Assembly (NCBI GenBank): GCA_037445895.1
Contig: JBBIJO010000003.1
Location: forward strand, 14,109-78,108
Direction of reading: 5' to 3'
Origin: Ignavibacteria bacterium
GTDB lineage: Bacteria > Bacteroidota > Ignavibacteria > Kapaibacteriales > UBA2268
DNA length: 64,000 nucleotides
Shown one piece after another: positions 1 to 9,300 of this stretch. The notes beneath the pieces are model-generated. The model was not told the origin of the DNA. It did not search any database and saw only the letters and a list, made by a program, of their open reading frames with translations. Position 1 is the stretch's first letter; every line of letters begins with the position of its first letter. Made by a program: the position numbers and the translations under genes.

Positions 1-889
1 TCATTAAATAGGGGGAACTTTTTCCGAGCGAAATCACATATTCAAACCCTTTGATTGCATATACATATTCACCATCGTTTAAGGATGATTGGGCGAAATT
101 TAATACTTCGTAACCGCGAGAGTTTAGGTTTTTATCCAATTCGATATAAATTTGCAATGCCTTGTCATATCGGTTCACTGAACGAAAGAACCAGCCGAGA
201 AGTGTTTTATATTCACGTTCAAGTCCGTTCGGGGGATATTGTAAAGCATTTTGAATCGAAGGATGTGTCTCTTTGAAGCCAATAAGAAGCCCAATTTTCG
301 CTTGTGCACCCGAAATATCCCTTGTTCGATCAAATATTAAAAGGGTTTCTTGCAATGTTTCTTCGAATCTTTTTGTGATTAGGTAAAGTTTAATAAGCTC
401 TTCGGCAAACAATGAATTTGAATGAAGCTTTTTTCGACCTTCCAATAAAGTTTCAATGGCTAATTCGAATTGTTGAAGCGAACTTTGCGTTGTCGATATA
501 ATAGTATAGCTTTTTTCTTTGTCTGGTTCGAGTTGTATTGCCTTTTGCCAAGCGTCTTTCGCATTAACTAACTTACCAGTTCGCCAGTAGAGTTCGCCAA
601 GCAATGCAAATAGTTCTGTGCTGGGCTTAATGGTAATTTGTTCTTCTACGAAGGGTATTAGTTCGGTGAATTTGTTCAAGGCTTTTTTAGCTCGAACAAT
701 CCCTTCGAAGTATTCCCGATTTGTTTTGTTGGACCGGTAAAGCTCAAGGTAAATTTGTTCGGCATTGACAAAATCGCCAACTTTTTCGTATGATTGAGCT
801 AACTTGCTCTTTTCATACAATGGACTTTGAGCAAAACTCGCAAAGACCGCAAAAAGTATTATTAAATATATTATCTTTGTTTTTTTCAT
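1..889 (-). CDS. TPR-repeat protein with N-terminal signal peptide. The start is in the window and the C-terminus runs off the left edge, so the CDS is partial.
   Basis: A minus-strand ATG sits at 889-887. The reverse-strand translation reads MKKTKIIYLIILFAVFASFAQ and continues open to position 1 with repeated TPR-like helices (AxxxY, LG, A..F..A). The ORF is absent from the ORF track only because it is truncated by the window edge. Confidence 0.6.
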   Translation of the reverse strand, partial: MKKTKIIYLIILFAVFASFAQSPLYEKSKLAQSYEKVGDFVNAEQIYLELYRSNKTNREYFEGIVRAKKALNKFTELIPFVEEQITIKPSTELFALLGELYWRTGKLVNAKDAWQKAIQLEPDKEKSYTIISTTQSSLQQFELAIETLLEGRKKLHSNSLFAEELIKLYLITKRFEETLQETLLIFDRTRDISGAQAKIGLLIGFKETHPSIQNALQYPPNGLEREYKTLLGWFFRSVNRYDKALQIYIELDKNLNSRGYEVLNFAQSSLNDGEYVYAIKGFEYVISLGKSSPYLM

Positions 890-959
890 TTTTTGTTTCA
901 TTGGTTAAGTTAAATCGACGATTTTAGATGTATTGTGTTTTAATGCGAATTGAAAGGGA

Positions 960-2837
960 ATGGCTGGTATTGGCGAAAATTTGACCAAAGTTTACGAAAC
1001 GTTGTCGAAAGTAAATAATAAAATTAATGAGCAAACTTATTGTATACCGACTCTTTGGCTTAATTCAGAATCGATATCGGGTAGAGTTGTGGCTGTCGAG
1101 CCAATATCGTTTTTTAAAACCCAAATTGAAAAAATATTGAATTCGAAACCCGATTATCATATATGTCCAAATCCTATTGTTTACAGTATGCTTTTACGCT
1201 ATACAACAGCGTTCGACCATAATCGCGATGGGAAAATAGATTTGCAAGCTATAAACGGAGATTTCTTCGAAACAGGAACTATTTTAAAGGGTATTTCCAT
1301 TCTTCCATATTTGAAATCAATGGGTGTGAATATTATTTATCTTTTGCCTATCACAAAAATTGGGGTAGATGGAAGAAAAGGGAATTTAGGCTCACCCTAT
1401 GCAATAAAAAACCATTTCAAGTTCGATACGAGATTGGCAGAGCCGTTCTTAAATCTTGATTTAGAAATCCAGTTTAAATCTTTTGTAGAAGCTGCACATC
1501 ATCTTGGAATGAAAGTAATTTTGGAGTTTGTGTTTAGGACAGCAAGTCTCGATTCCGATATTGCTTTGGAGCATCCCGATTGGTTCTATTGGATATACGA
1601 CAGCGTTGATAACGAGCAAGTCGAATTCACAAGCCCACAATTTGATGATTCCACGTTAGAGACAATTTTTAAGATGGTAAAGAAAAGAGATTTTTTTGGA
1701 TTACCTCCGCCAGATAGGAATTATATTGGGCTATTTACTGAACCGCCTGTTGCAGTAGAAAAAATTGGTGATAAGGTCTATGGCTCCCTTTCAAATGGCT
1801 TACGTGTAAGAATTCCGAATGGTTTTGCAGATTGGCCTCCCAACGATATGCAACCAGTTTGGTCCGATGTTACTTATTTAAAATTATATGAGCATAGGGA
1901 CTTCAATTACATTGCCTACAACACCATAAGGATGTATGATACTCGGTTGGTAAAAGAAGGTCATAGAGTTGAACCACTCTGGGAATATCTTGCTAATATT
2001 ATTCCTTCATACATTTCAAAATATGACATTGATGGTGCTATGATTGATATGGGGCACTCGTTACCGGAAGAACTTCTCTCGGAGATTATTCATCGAGCAC
2101 GTCGAGTAAAGCAGGATTTCATATTTTGGGAAGAAAATTTTGTTGTCGAAAAAAAGTCGAGGAAAATTGGTTACAATGCAGTGGTCGGATACTTACCTTT
2201 CGACCAACATCAACCAAACAAACTTCGAGAAATTATCCGAAAATTCGAGTGGAAAGAGTTTTATATTCCTTTCTTTTTAGCGCCCGAAACCCATAATACT
2301 CCTCGTTCTGCACGTTTCGGTTGCGATTTTAATGTGCTTGCTTGGGCTTTTAATTCATTTCTCGAAGGATTGCGGTTTATTCTTTCGGGTTTTGAGCTTT
2401 GCGATTCGAAGCCTTTGAATACTGGCTTATGTTTTACGGAAGACGAGATATTTGCTTTGCCCCCTGAAAGATTGCCGCTTTTTTCTGTGATGCAGTTGGA
2501 TTGGGGCAAAGATGATATAGTAAAAAAAATACAAAGAATTAATCAAACGTATAATAATTATCTGCTTCCTAAGCAAGGCCCGAAAATCGAGCCGCGAATC
2601 GTTTCCGTAAATACTCGCAATAGCAATGTTGTTGTATATAAAAGGAAACTAAAACGAAATGAATGCCTTCTCGTTGTAGGTAATTTTTCTGATTCTATCC
2701 AAACCATTGAATTTGACGAAGAATTTACCTGTAAATATTGTAAGGAATTATTATCTTCTCGAATAATACAAAAAATCGAGAAGAATTTAGATTTAGAGCC
2801 TTATGGTGTAAGGATTTACCATTATGTCGCCCGTTAG
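960..2837 (+). CDS. Alpha-amylase family (GH13-like) glycoside hydrolase.
   Basis: The 625-aa ORF has segments resembling GH13 catalytic regions: GVNIIYLLPI...GSPYAIKNHFKFD, GMKVILEFVF and DGAMIDMGHSLP (compare GFRIDAAKH). The call is at family level only. Confidence 0.5.
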   Translation: MAGIGENLTKVYETLSKVNNKINEQTYCIPTLWLNSESISGRVVAVEPISFFKTQIEKILNSKPDYHICPNPIVYSMLLRYTTAFDHNRDGKIDLQAINGDFFETGTILKGISILPYLKSMGVNIIYLLPITKIGVDGRKGNLGSPYAIKNHFKFDTRLAEPFLNLDLEIQFKSFVEAAHHLGMKVILEFVFRTASLDSDIALEHPDWFYWIYDSVDNEQVEFTSPQFDDSTLETIFKMVKKRDFFGLPPPDRNYIGLFTEPPVAVEKIGDKVYGSLSNGLRVRIPNGFADWPPNDMQPVWSDVTYLKLYEHRDFNYIAYNTIRMYDTRLVKEGHRVEPLWEYLANIIPSYISKYDIDGAMIDMGHSLPEELLSEIIHRARRVKQDFIFWEENFVVEKKSRKIGYNAVVGYLPFDQHQPNKLREIIRKFEWKEFYIPFFLAPETHNTPRSARFGCDFNVLAWAFNSFLEGLRFILSGFELCDSKPLNTGLCFTEDEIFALPPERLPLFSVMQLDWGKDDIVKKIQRINQTYNNYLLPKQGPKIEPRIVSVNTRNSNVVVYKRKLKRNECLLVVGNFSDSIQTIEFDEEFTCKYCKELLSSRIIQKIEKNLDLEPYGVRIYHYVAR

Positions 2838-2868
2838 GTAAAATATCTCAAGTGGATAAAATTTTGAA

Positions 2869-3615
2869 TTAAGCTGTTGTTAACACAGCAATGCAAAGAT
2901 TTTTAACTCCGTTGTTCTTCAAAAGAACACCACAGTTAAAGAGAGTTGAACCAGTTGTAATAACATCATCAACGAGAAGAAAAGATTTACCTTCCAAACA
3001 GTTTTTTCCCATATTTAAAAGAAATACATTTTGAACATTTTTTATCCTTTGTTCGAAATTAAGATTAGTTTGGCTTACCGTGTATTTTGTTCTAACGATA
3101 AGGTTTGGATATGTTGGAAGATTTATGGATTTGCCAATTGCATAGCTAATAACTTCCGATTGATTAAACCCACGCTCGCGTTTTCGAACTTTATGAATTG
3201 GGATAGGAATAATTCCATCGAAAGAGAAATTTAATCTGTTTATTGTTTTGGAAATTAATTCACCTAATTCGACACCAAGAAAGTAACCAACTTTTTGGAA
3301 TTTGGTATATTTTAAAAGGTGTATGATTGATAGCAAATCGTGGTTGTTGCTTGAGTTAAATAAAGAAAAAGCATACGAAAATGGGTTGTTTTCCGCTCCG
3401 AAATTATTATTTATTTTTCCGAGAATATCACCAGAATTTAATGGATGGGGTAATTCCTCGAAGCATTTTTGGCAAAGGTGCTCAGATTTCCATTCAGTTA
3501 AATCAATGATTCTATTGCAAAGGATACAAGTTGGAGGTGCAAGCACATAATTAAACGACTCGAAAACTTGGTGAAATAATTTATTGGTTGCTTCTATTAT
3601 CTTTTGCGTTTTCAT
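2869..3615 (-). CDS. comF: ComF family protein (phosphoribosyltransferase domain with an N-terminal double zinc ribbon).
   Basis: CxxC...CxxC zinc ribbon (CILCNR...CQKCFEE) is followed by the PRTase motif LLVDDVITTGSTL. The start is placed at internal Met 3615 because the longer ORF (to 3678) would overlap the upstream DoxX gene by about 100 bp. Confidence 0.6.
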   Translation of the reverse strand: MKTQKIIEATNKLFHQVFESFNYVLAPPTCILCNRIIDLTEWKSEHLCQKCFEELPHPLNSGDILGKINNNFGAENNPFSYAFSLFNSSNNHDLLSIIHLLKYTKFQKVGYFLGVELGELISKTINRLNFSFDGIIPIPIHKVRKRERGFNQSEVISYAIGKSINLPTYPNLIVRTKYTVSQTNLNFEQRIKNVQNVFLLNMGKNCLEGKSFLLVDDVITTGSTLFNCGVLLKNNGVKNLCIAVLTTA

Positions 3616-4060
3616 TTGATAAATGCTTTTCGAAAGACAGATAAGAAATTGGGAACAAGGCGAGGTAAATCGATGCAAAAATTAAAGCAAGATTTTCGAG
3701 CACTTTTTTCCAGCCTACATATTCAATGTGATGGCTAACGCATCCACAGTTAATGTTAAGCCCTCGTGCAACTGCTGATAATACTCCAAAAGTAAAAATA
3801 ATCAAAATACAAGAAGAAAGCATAGATGAAGTTTTTGTTTTCACTCCGAACAATAAAAGAATACCAATAAAAAGTTCAAGCCAAGGTAAGGTAATTGCTG
3901 TAACTTTTGCAACTACTTCCGATACAAGACGGTAGTTCATAATTTCTTTAGCGAATACCTCTGGTTCAACTATTTTACCAACAGCAGCGTAAATAAAGAT
4001 AAAACCGAGTATTAATCGACATACCAGGCTCAATAGTTTTTGTGTTTTATGCCAATTCAT
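3581..4060 (-). CDS. DoxX/MauE family membrane protein.
   Basis: The 159-aa product has 4 predicted TM helices and a CGC motif (NINCGCVSH) typical of the MauE/DoxX family. Confidence 0.55.
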   Translation of the reverse strand: MNWHKTQKLLSLVCRLILGFIFIYAAVGKIVEPEVFAKEIMNYRLVSEVVAKVTAITLPWLELFIGILLLFGVKTKTSSMLSSCILIIFTFGVLSAVARGLNINCGCVSHHIEYVGWKKVLENLALIFASIYLALFPISYLSFEKHLSNENAKDNRSNQ

Positions 4061-4120
4061 AAACTTTTCATTTTTTTATACTCTGTTTATGACGTAATTT
4101 TGAAAATTGAATTTTGCAAG

Positions 4121-5512
4121 ATGGGAAAAATGTCGTTAGTTCGGTCAATTTCTGGATTGCGTGGAGTTTTGGGCGAATCTTTAACTCCGGAAGTGGTTGT
4201 TCGATACGCTTGTGCTTTTGGTGATTATCTACCCGATGGATTTGTTGTTGTTGGGCGCGATGGCCGTCAAAGTGGCAAATGGATTGAAGAAGTTGTAGTT
4301 GGTAGTTTGATAACAATGGGCAAAAGAGTGCTGCGGGCAGGTATTGTGCCAACTCCAACTCTTCAATTATTAGTGAGTGAATTGGGAGCAGTGGGGGGAA
4401 TCTCGGTAACAGCTTCTCATAATCCCGAGCAATGGAATGGCTTAAAATTTATTAATTCCGAAGGGATTTTTTTAAATTCAAGCGAAATATCCAACTTATG
4501 GAACATCGTAGATAATAATGCATATAAACATCAGAATTTGCCCGATAGTGGCTGGGAAATTATTCCTGAACCCGAAATGATGCATATTCACAGGATTTTG
4601 GGGTTACCAATGTTCAAAGATAGTGATAATTTAAGGCGGATTAGAGAAAAAAAATATAAAGTAGTTGTCGATGCTATTAATTCTTCGGGTTCGAAAATAA
4701 TTCCTATGCTTTTGGACCAGTTGGGATGCGAAGTTATCAGATTGCATTGCAATTTAAACGGGAAGTTTGTCCATAACCCTGAACCACGACCAGAGTATCT
4801 CTATGAAATCTCGGAAGTTGTAAAACGTGAAAATGCTGATTTGGGGGTAGTAGTCGATCCCGATGCGGATAGGTTGGTGTTGATTGATGAAAGCGGGAAT
4901 CCTGTTTGGGAAGAATTAACTATTGTTCTTGCTGTTAATTCTATCGGGATTTTGCAGGAATGTTTCGGTAAACAATTTTCTAAAAGAGTAGTTGTCAATT
5001 ATTCGACTACCGAATTAGTTGAGTTTGTTGCTCACAATTTTGGTTTAAAAGTTTTGCGCGCGCCAGTTGGTGAAATCAATGTTGTCGAAAAAATGAAAGA
5101 TATAAATGCTATAATTGGCGGTGAAGGAAGCGGGGGTGTAATCCTTCCTGCTTGTCATTATGGTCGCGATGCTCTTGTTGGGATAGCATTAATCCTTTAT
5201 TTGCTTACAAATGAGAAAATTAAATTATCTGAATTAATAGCGAAGTTGCCAACAAAGAAAATGCAAAAGTTAAAAATAAAAGTTTCCGATGATTTTGAGC
5301 TTCGTATTTTGAAATTGATAGAACTTTTAAACGTTGATTCATTTGATGTTAATCGGGAAGATGGATTTCGAGTAAGAATTACTGATGGTTGGTTTCATAT
5401 AAGGAAATCGAATACTGAACCTGTTGCGCGAATTGTTGCCGAAACGTCGAAAGAAGGATTTTTCGGCAGGCTACAGAATCTTATTGCAACATTGTTCGAG
5501 GTAATAAATTGA
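4121..5512 (+). CDS. Phosphoglucomutase/phosphomannomutase or phosphoglucosamine mutase (alpha-D-phosphohexomutase family).
   Basis: Active-site serine loop TASHNPEQWNGLKF and N-terminal SGLRG motif are present. The start is set at the Met (MGKMSLV...) at 4121 to avoid overlap with the divergent DoxX gene. Confidence 0.7.
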   Translation: MGKMSLVRSISGLRGVLGESLTPEVVVRYACAFGDYLPDGFVVVGRDGRQSGKWIEEVVVGSLITMGKRVLRAGIVPTPTLQLLVSELGAVGGISVTASHNPEQWNGLKFINSEGIFLNSSEISNLWNIVDNNAYKHQNLPDSGWEIIPEPEMMHIHRILGLPMFKDSDNLRRIREKKYKVVVDAINSSGSKIIPMLLDQLGCEVIRLHCNLNGKFVHNPEPRPEYLYEISEVVKRENADLGVVVDPDADRLVLIDESGNPVWEELTIVLAVNSIGILQECFGKQFSKRVVVNYSTTELVEFVAHNFGLKVLRAPVGEINVVEKMKDINAIIGGEGSGGVILPACHYGRDALVGIALILYLLTNEKIKLSELIAKLPTKKMQKLKIKVSDDFELRILKLIELLNVDSFDVNREDGFRVRITDGWFHIRKSNTEPVARIVAETSKEGFFGRLQNLIATLFEVIN

Positions 5513-6765
5513 TGAAAGTATCTATTCTTACGATTGGAGATGAAATTTGTATTGGACAAATTACCAACACAAATGCTAGTTGGATTGCTCAAAAATGTGT
5601 AGAACAAGGTTGCTTGGTTGTTGCCCATTCGACCGTTGGCGACAATAAAATAGCAATAATTTCCGAACTGGGACGATTGTCTAATTTATCCGATATTATC
5701 CTTATTACAGGGGGGTTGGGACCAACGAGTGACGATTTGACAAAACCCGCACTTGTTGAATACTTCGATGATAAACTTATTTTTCGAGAAGAAGCTTATG
5801 AATGGATAAAAGATTTTTATGCCCAGCGTGGAATAACAGAAATTTCTGAACGAAATAGAAATCTAGCATATTTACCTTCGAGGTGTATTCCATTGCATAA
5901 TAAATTAGGCACTGCGCCAGGTATGAAATTTTTCGATAAGGATAAAATTTTTGTTTCGATGCCTGGGGTGCCGAACGAAATGAAGCACATAATGAATGAA
6001 TATGTAATTCCTTTAATCAGGGAGAATATTCAAACTGAACGTCGAGATGTAGTAGTTTACAGGACTTTGCAAATCTGTGGTATTCCGGAAAGTGTTCTTG
6101 CCGATAAACTCTCGGGGATTGAAAAAATTAGCGGAGGTGTCTCAATAGCATATTTACCTTCGTATATGGGGGTGCGACTAAGATTAGGCTGCTATGGTAA
6201 CTCAGTCAGCGAAGTAGAAACTAGTATGCAACCGGTTATTGAGTTCGTCTATTCAAAAGTTGGGAAATATATCTTTGGCGAAGGCGAAGTTTCGTTGAGT
6301 GAAGTTGTCGGGAAATTGCTGAAGGAAAATGGGAAAACAGTATCGGTCGCCGAGTCTTGCACCGGCGGGATGTTGGGAAGTGTTTTTACAGATATTCCTG
6401 GAAGTAGCGAATATTTTACTGGAGGGGTGATTGTATATAGTAATGATGCGAAGGTTAAGATTTTAGGCGTGGATAGGGAAACGATTAGAAAATTTGGAGC
6501 CGTTAGTAAAGAAACAGCTGTAGAAATGGCAAAAAATGTTCGTGAATTATTTGAGACAGACTTTGGGGTAAGTATCACCGGAATAGCAGGTCCGACAGGC
6601 GGAACAGACGAAAAGCCCATCGGAACAGTATGGATTGCACTTGCTGATGTCGATGGGGTTAATGCTGAAAAATTCCAATTTGGTGGCGACAGAAGAATTA
6701 ACCGAGAAAGGAGTGTGGCTTCGGCTTTAACAAAACTATATTTGAAACTTAGTAGTGCTATCTGA
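5509..6765 (+). CDS. cinA: CinA family competence/damage-inducible protein (MoaB/MogA-like N-terminal domain plus CinA C-terminal NMN deamidase domain).
   Basis: The N-terminus MKVSILTIGDEICIGQITNTNASWIA is canonical for CinA. The product is 418 aa, and the start overlaps the upstream stop (ATGA). Confidence 0.75.
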   Translation: MMKVSILTIGDEICIGQITNTNASWIAQKCVEQGCLVVAHSTVGDNKIAIISELGRLSNLSDIILITGGLGPTSDDLTKPALVEYFDDKLIFREEAYEWIKDFYAQRGITEISERNRNLAYLPSRCIPLHNKLGTAPGMKFFDKDKIFVSMPGVPNEMKHIMNEYVIPLIRENIQTERRDVVVYRTLQICGIPESVLADKLSGIEKISGGVSIAYLPSYMGVRLRLGCYGNSVSEVETSMQPVIEFVYSKVGKYIFGEGEVSLSEVVGKLLKENGKTVSVAESCTGGMLGSVFTDIPGSSEYFTGGVIVYSNDAKVKILGVDRETIRKFGAVSKETAVEMAKNVRELFETDFGVSITGIAGPTGGTDEKPIGTVWIALADVDGVNAEKFQFGGDRRINRERSVASALTKLYLKLSSAI

Positions 6766-7781
6766 TGAGAATACTTGGGATTGAAACTTCTTGCGACGAA
6801 ACTTCTTCGGCTGTTGTCGATGATGGTGCTGTCTTGAGCAATATCATTTCTTCGCAGGTTTTACATAACCTTTACGGTGGGGTTGTGCCCGAAATTGCCT
6901 CGAGAATTCACACGCAAATTATTTCTCGCGTTGTGCAAGAAGCGCTCGAACAATCGCTAACAAAAATCAATGAGATTGAGGGAATAGCTGTAACGTATCA
7001 ACCTGGCTTAATTGGTTCTTTAGTTGTTGGAACAAATTTTGCGAAGGGTTTGGCTATCAGGTTTGGTATTCCTTTGATACCAATTGACCATATCGAAGGG
7101 CATATTTACTCTGGTTTTCTCGAGGGAGAAAAACTCGATTTTCCTTTTGTTACACTTGTGGTTAGTGGGGGACACACAACTTTATATTTTGTCAAATCTG
7201 TTATTGAATATGAAGTTATTGGAGCTACTCGCGACGATGCTGCTGGCGAAGCCTTCGATAAAATTGCAAAAATGCTTGGATTAGGTTATCCTGGGGGTCC
7301 GTTAATAGATAAGCTTTCGAAAGAGGGCGATCCGGCAAGATACCGTTTCCCTCGTGGGCTACTCAAATCCGATGATTTCGATTTTAGTTTCAGTGGATTA
7401 AAAACATCGGTTCGGTATTTTCTACAAAAAGAATTCAAAGGAAGGAATTTAACTGATAAAGAGCTCCGAGATATTTGTGCCTCCGCTCAAAATGCCATTG
7501 TTGAAGTATTAGTCTCGAAAAGTATTAAGGCTTTAAATCGGTTTAGTTGTAAAGCGTTGGTAATAGCAGGTGGGGTTTCTGCCAATTCATTATTACGCAA
7601 GAAGCTTAAGGAGGAAGCCGATAAAAACAATTTCTGCGTTATAATTCCGAAAATGAATTACTGTATGGACAATGCAGCTATGATTGCATATCTCGGTGAA
7701 TGGAAATTAAAACTTTCTACATCAGGACAATTTTATAATTATATGTTTAGAGCAAATGCTACTCCTATTAGATCCCGCTAA
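6765..7781 (+). CDS. tsaD: tRNA N6-adenosine threonylcarbamoyltransferase TsaD.
   Basis: N-terminus MRILGIETSCDETS and the metal-binding HIEGH motif are present in a 338-aa product. The gene is translationally coupled to cinA. Confidence 0.85.
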   Translation: MRILGIETSCDETSSAVVDDGAVLSNIISSQVLHNLYGGVVPEIASRIHTQIISRVVQEALEQSLTKINEIEGIAVTYQPGLIGSLVVGTNFAKGLAIRFGIPLIPIDHIEGHIYSGFLEGEKLDFPFVTLVVSGGHTTLYFVKSVIEYEVIGATRDDAAGEAFDKIAKMLGLGYPGGPLIDKLSKEGDPARYRFPRGLLKSDDFDFSFSGLKTSVRYFLQKEFKGRNLTDKELRDICASAQNAIVEVLVSKSIKALNRFSCKALVIAGGVSANSLLRKKLKEEADKNNFCVIIPKMNYCMDNAAMIAYLGEWKLKLSTSGQFYNYMFRANATPIRSR

Positions 7782-8229
7782 AAAGTGTTTCTAATTTAAT
7801 TTCTCTCGCCAGGAAATTGCTTTATCGAATAATAAAGTTTGTTACAATCCTAATTTCTTGTGGTTCCCCTGTGCAAGCATTGTAAGGCTGTAGTAGTGCA
7901 AGGATGCGATACATAGTTATAGTCTTATAAACTTGGCTATCGGCGTATATAGTTGTGTTAAGAGAATACCACAACAACTAATATATCGTAAAAAATAATT
8001 ATTACTGTGTAATTTGCTATTTTTCAAGGTCTATGGCTTTCATTGAAGTTCATACCCGAGTGCATATATAAGTTTAGAGTTGTGGTGGATGGATAATAGT
8101 TCGAATTCGCGAAGTAAAGTTAGCTCAGCAGAAGTTCCGAAGATGTTGGAATCAACAATTTTCCTTTTCCTCGAATAGTTGAATAAAATCAATTTGGAGT
8201 AATAAAGATTTAATTTGGGATAACAGATT

Positions 8230-9300
8230 TCAATTAAGTTTTGTCCTAACAATGCGGAAACCTAAATTTGTTTTTTGGTCCTCGGGGAAGGCACGGCTCG
8301 ATGCCCTACCAAATGAGGGACCTCGTTGCCAACTTCCGCCCCGAACTACATGGATAGAGCCCGTCTCTGGTCCTTTTGGGTTGGTTTGTGGTGTTACTTG
8401 ATAGTAGAACGGTTCGAACCAGTCCCAACACCATTCCCACACATTCCCGTGCATATCATAAATGTCCCAGCTATTGGGGAGTTTCCTTCCAACTGGGTGA
8501 GGTTTAGAGCCAGAATTCACATCGAACCAGCCCATATCCAAAGGATTTCCATTGCCAGCAAAATCGCTTGTAGAACCTGCTCGGCAAGCATACTCCCATT
8601 CCGCTTCGGTTGGTAAACGATAGCCATTTGCATTTGTGTCCCAAACGACCTTACCTTTTTCGAAAATATAACAAGTGTCTAAACCGAACATTTTAGATAA
8701 TCCGTTACAAAAACGAACGGCAAGTTCCCAATCGACATTCGATACTGGTAAATTTTCGCCAACGAAATAACTCGGATTAGAATCTAAAACTGTTAGCCAT
8801 TGTTTTTGTGTAATTTCGTATTTCGATATAAAGAAAGCGCGGGTAAGTTCTACCTCGTGGACTGGTTGCTCGAAGGCTAGTCCAGTATTTGAACCCATTA
8901 GGAATTTCCCTGCTGGCGCTTCCGAAAAGAATATCCGAGGATAAATAAACCCATTGAATGCAATTGAATTAGTTGTATCTTTCGAAGTATAAATGATTCG
9001 AAGATTTCCTTTGAATAATCCTTTCGGAGCAATAAATTTAATAAAATTATTATTCCACCTAATGGTGAGTTGGGAGTTAATTAGCAAAGTCGAATCCAGA
9101 TAAATCGAAGTAGAATCATTGGGGTAACCTAAATTTTCTCCATAAATAGTTACCACATCAAATGGGTATATTGTATCGGGTTCGATTTTAAAGATTTTAG
9201 GTTCTTGAACAAGGTTTAATGTATTATCTGAACAATTTGTTAAAAATGACAACATAACAGTGAAAAAGAGGCAAATTTTGCTAAAGTCTTTCCAATGCAT
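8230..9300 (-). CDS. Formylglycine-generating-enzyme (FGE/SUMF1) domain lipoprotein, possibly a GldK/PorK-like paralog.
   Basis: A lipoprotein signal (LTNCSD) is followed by FGE-sulfatase motifs GYRLPTEAEWEYACRAG and HGNVWEWCWDW. Confidence 0.65.
   Translation of the reverse strand: MHWKDFSKICLFFTVMLSFLTNCSDNTLNLVQEPKIFKIEPDTIYPFDVVTIYGENLGYPNDSTSIYLDSTLLINSQLTIRWNNNFIKFIAPKGLFKGNLRIIYTSKDTTNSIAFNGFIYPRIFFSEAPAGKFLMGSNTGLAFEQPVHEVELTRAFFISKYEITQKQWLTVLDSNPSYFVGENLPVSNVDWELAVRFCNGLSKMFGLDTCYIFEKGKVVWDTNANGYRLPTEAEWEYACRAGSTSDFAGNGNPLDMGWFDVNSGSKPHPVGRKLPNSWDIYDMHGNVWEWCWDWFEPFYYQVTPQTNPKGPETGSIHVVRGGSWQRGPSFGRASSRAFPEDQKTNLGFRIVRTKLN

Noticed and set aside
55-276. 73-aa plus-strand ORF near the left edge.
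   Set aside because: It lies entirely antisense within the minus-strand TPR protein gene (1-889) and its product is low-complexity (MHIHIHH...). It is a shadow ORF.
4040-4120. Upstream extension (MCFMPIHK...) of the phosphohexomutase ORF.
   Set aside because: It would overlap the divergent DoxX gene start (4060), and the residues are hydrophobic junk. The conserved N-terminus begins at MGKMSLVRSISGLRG (4121).
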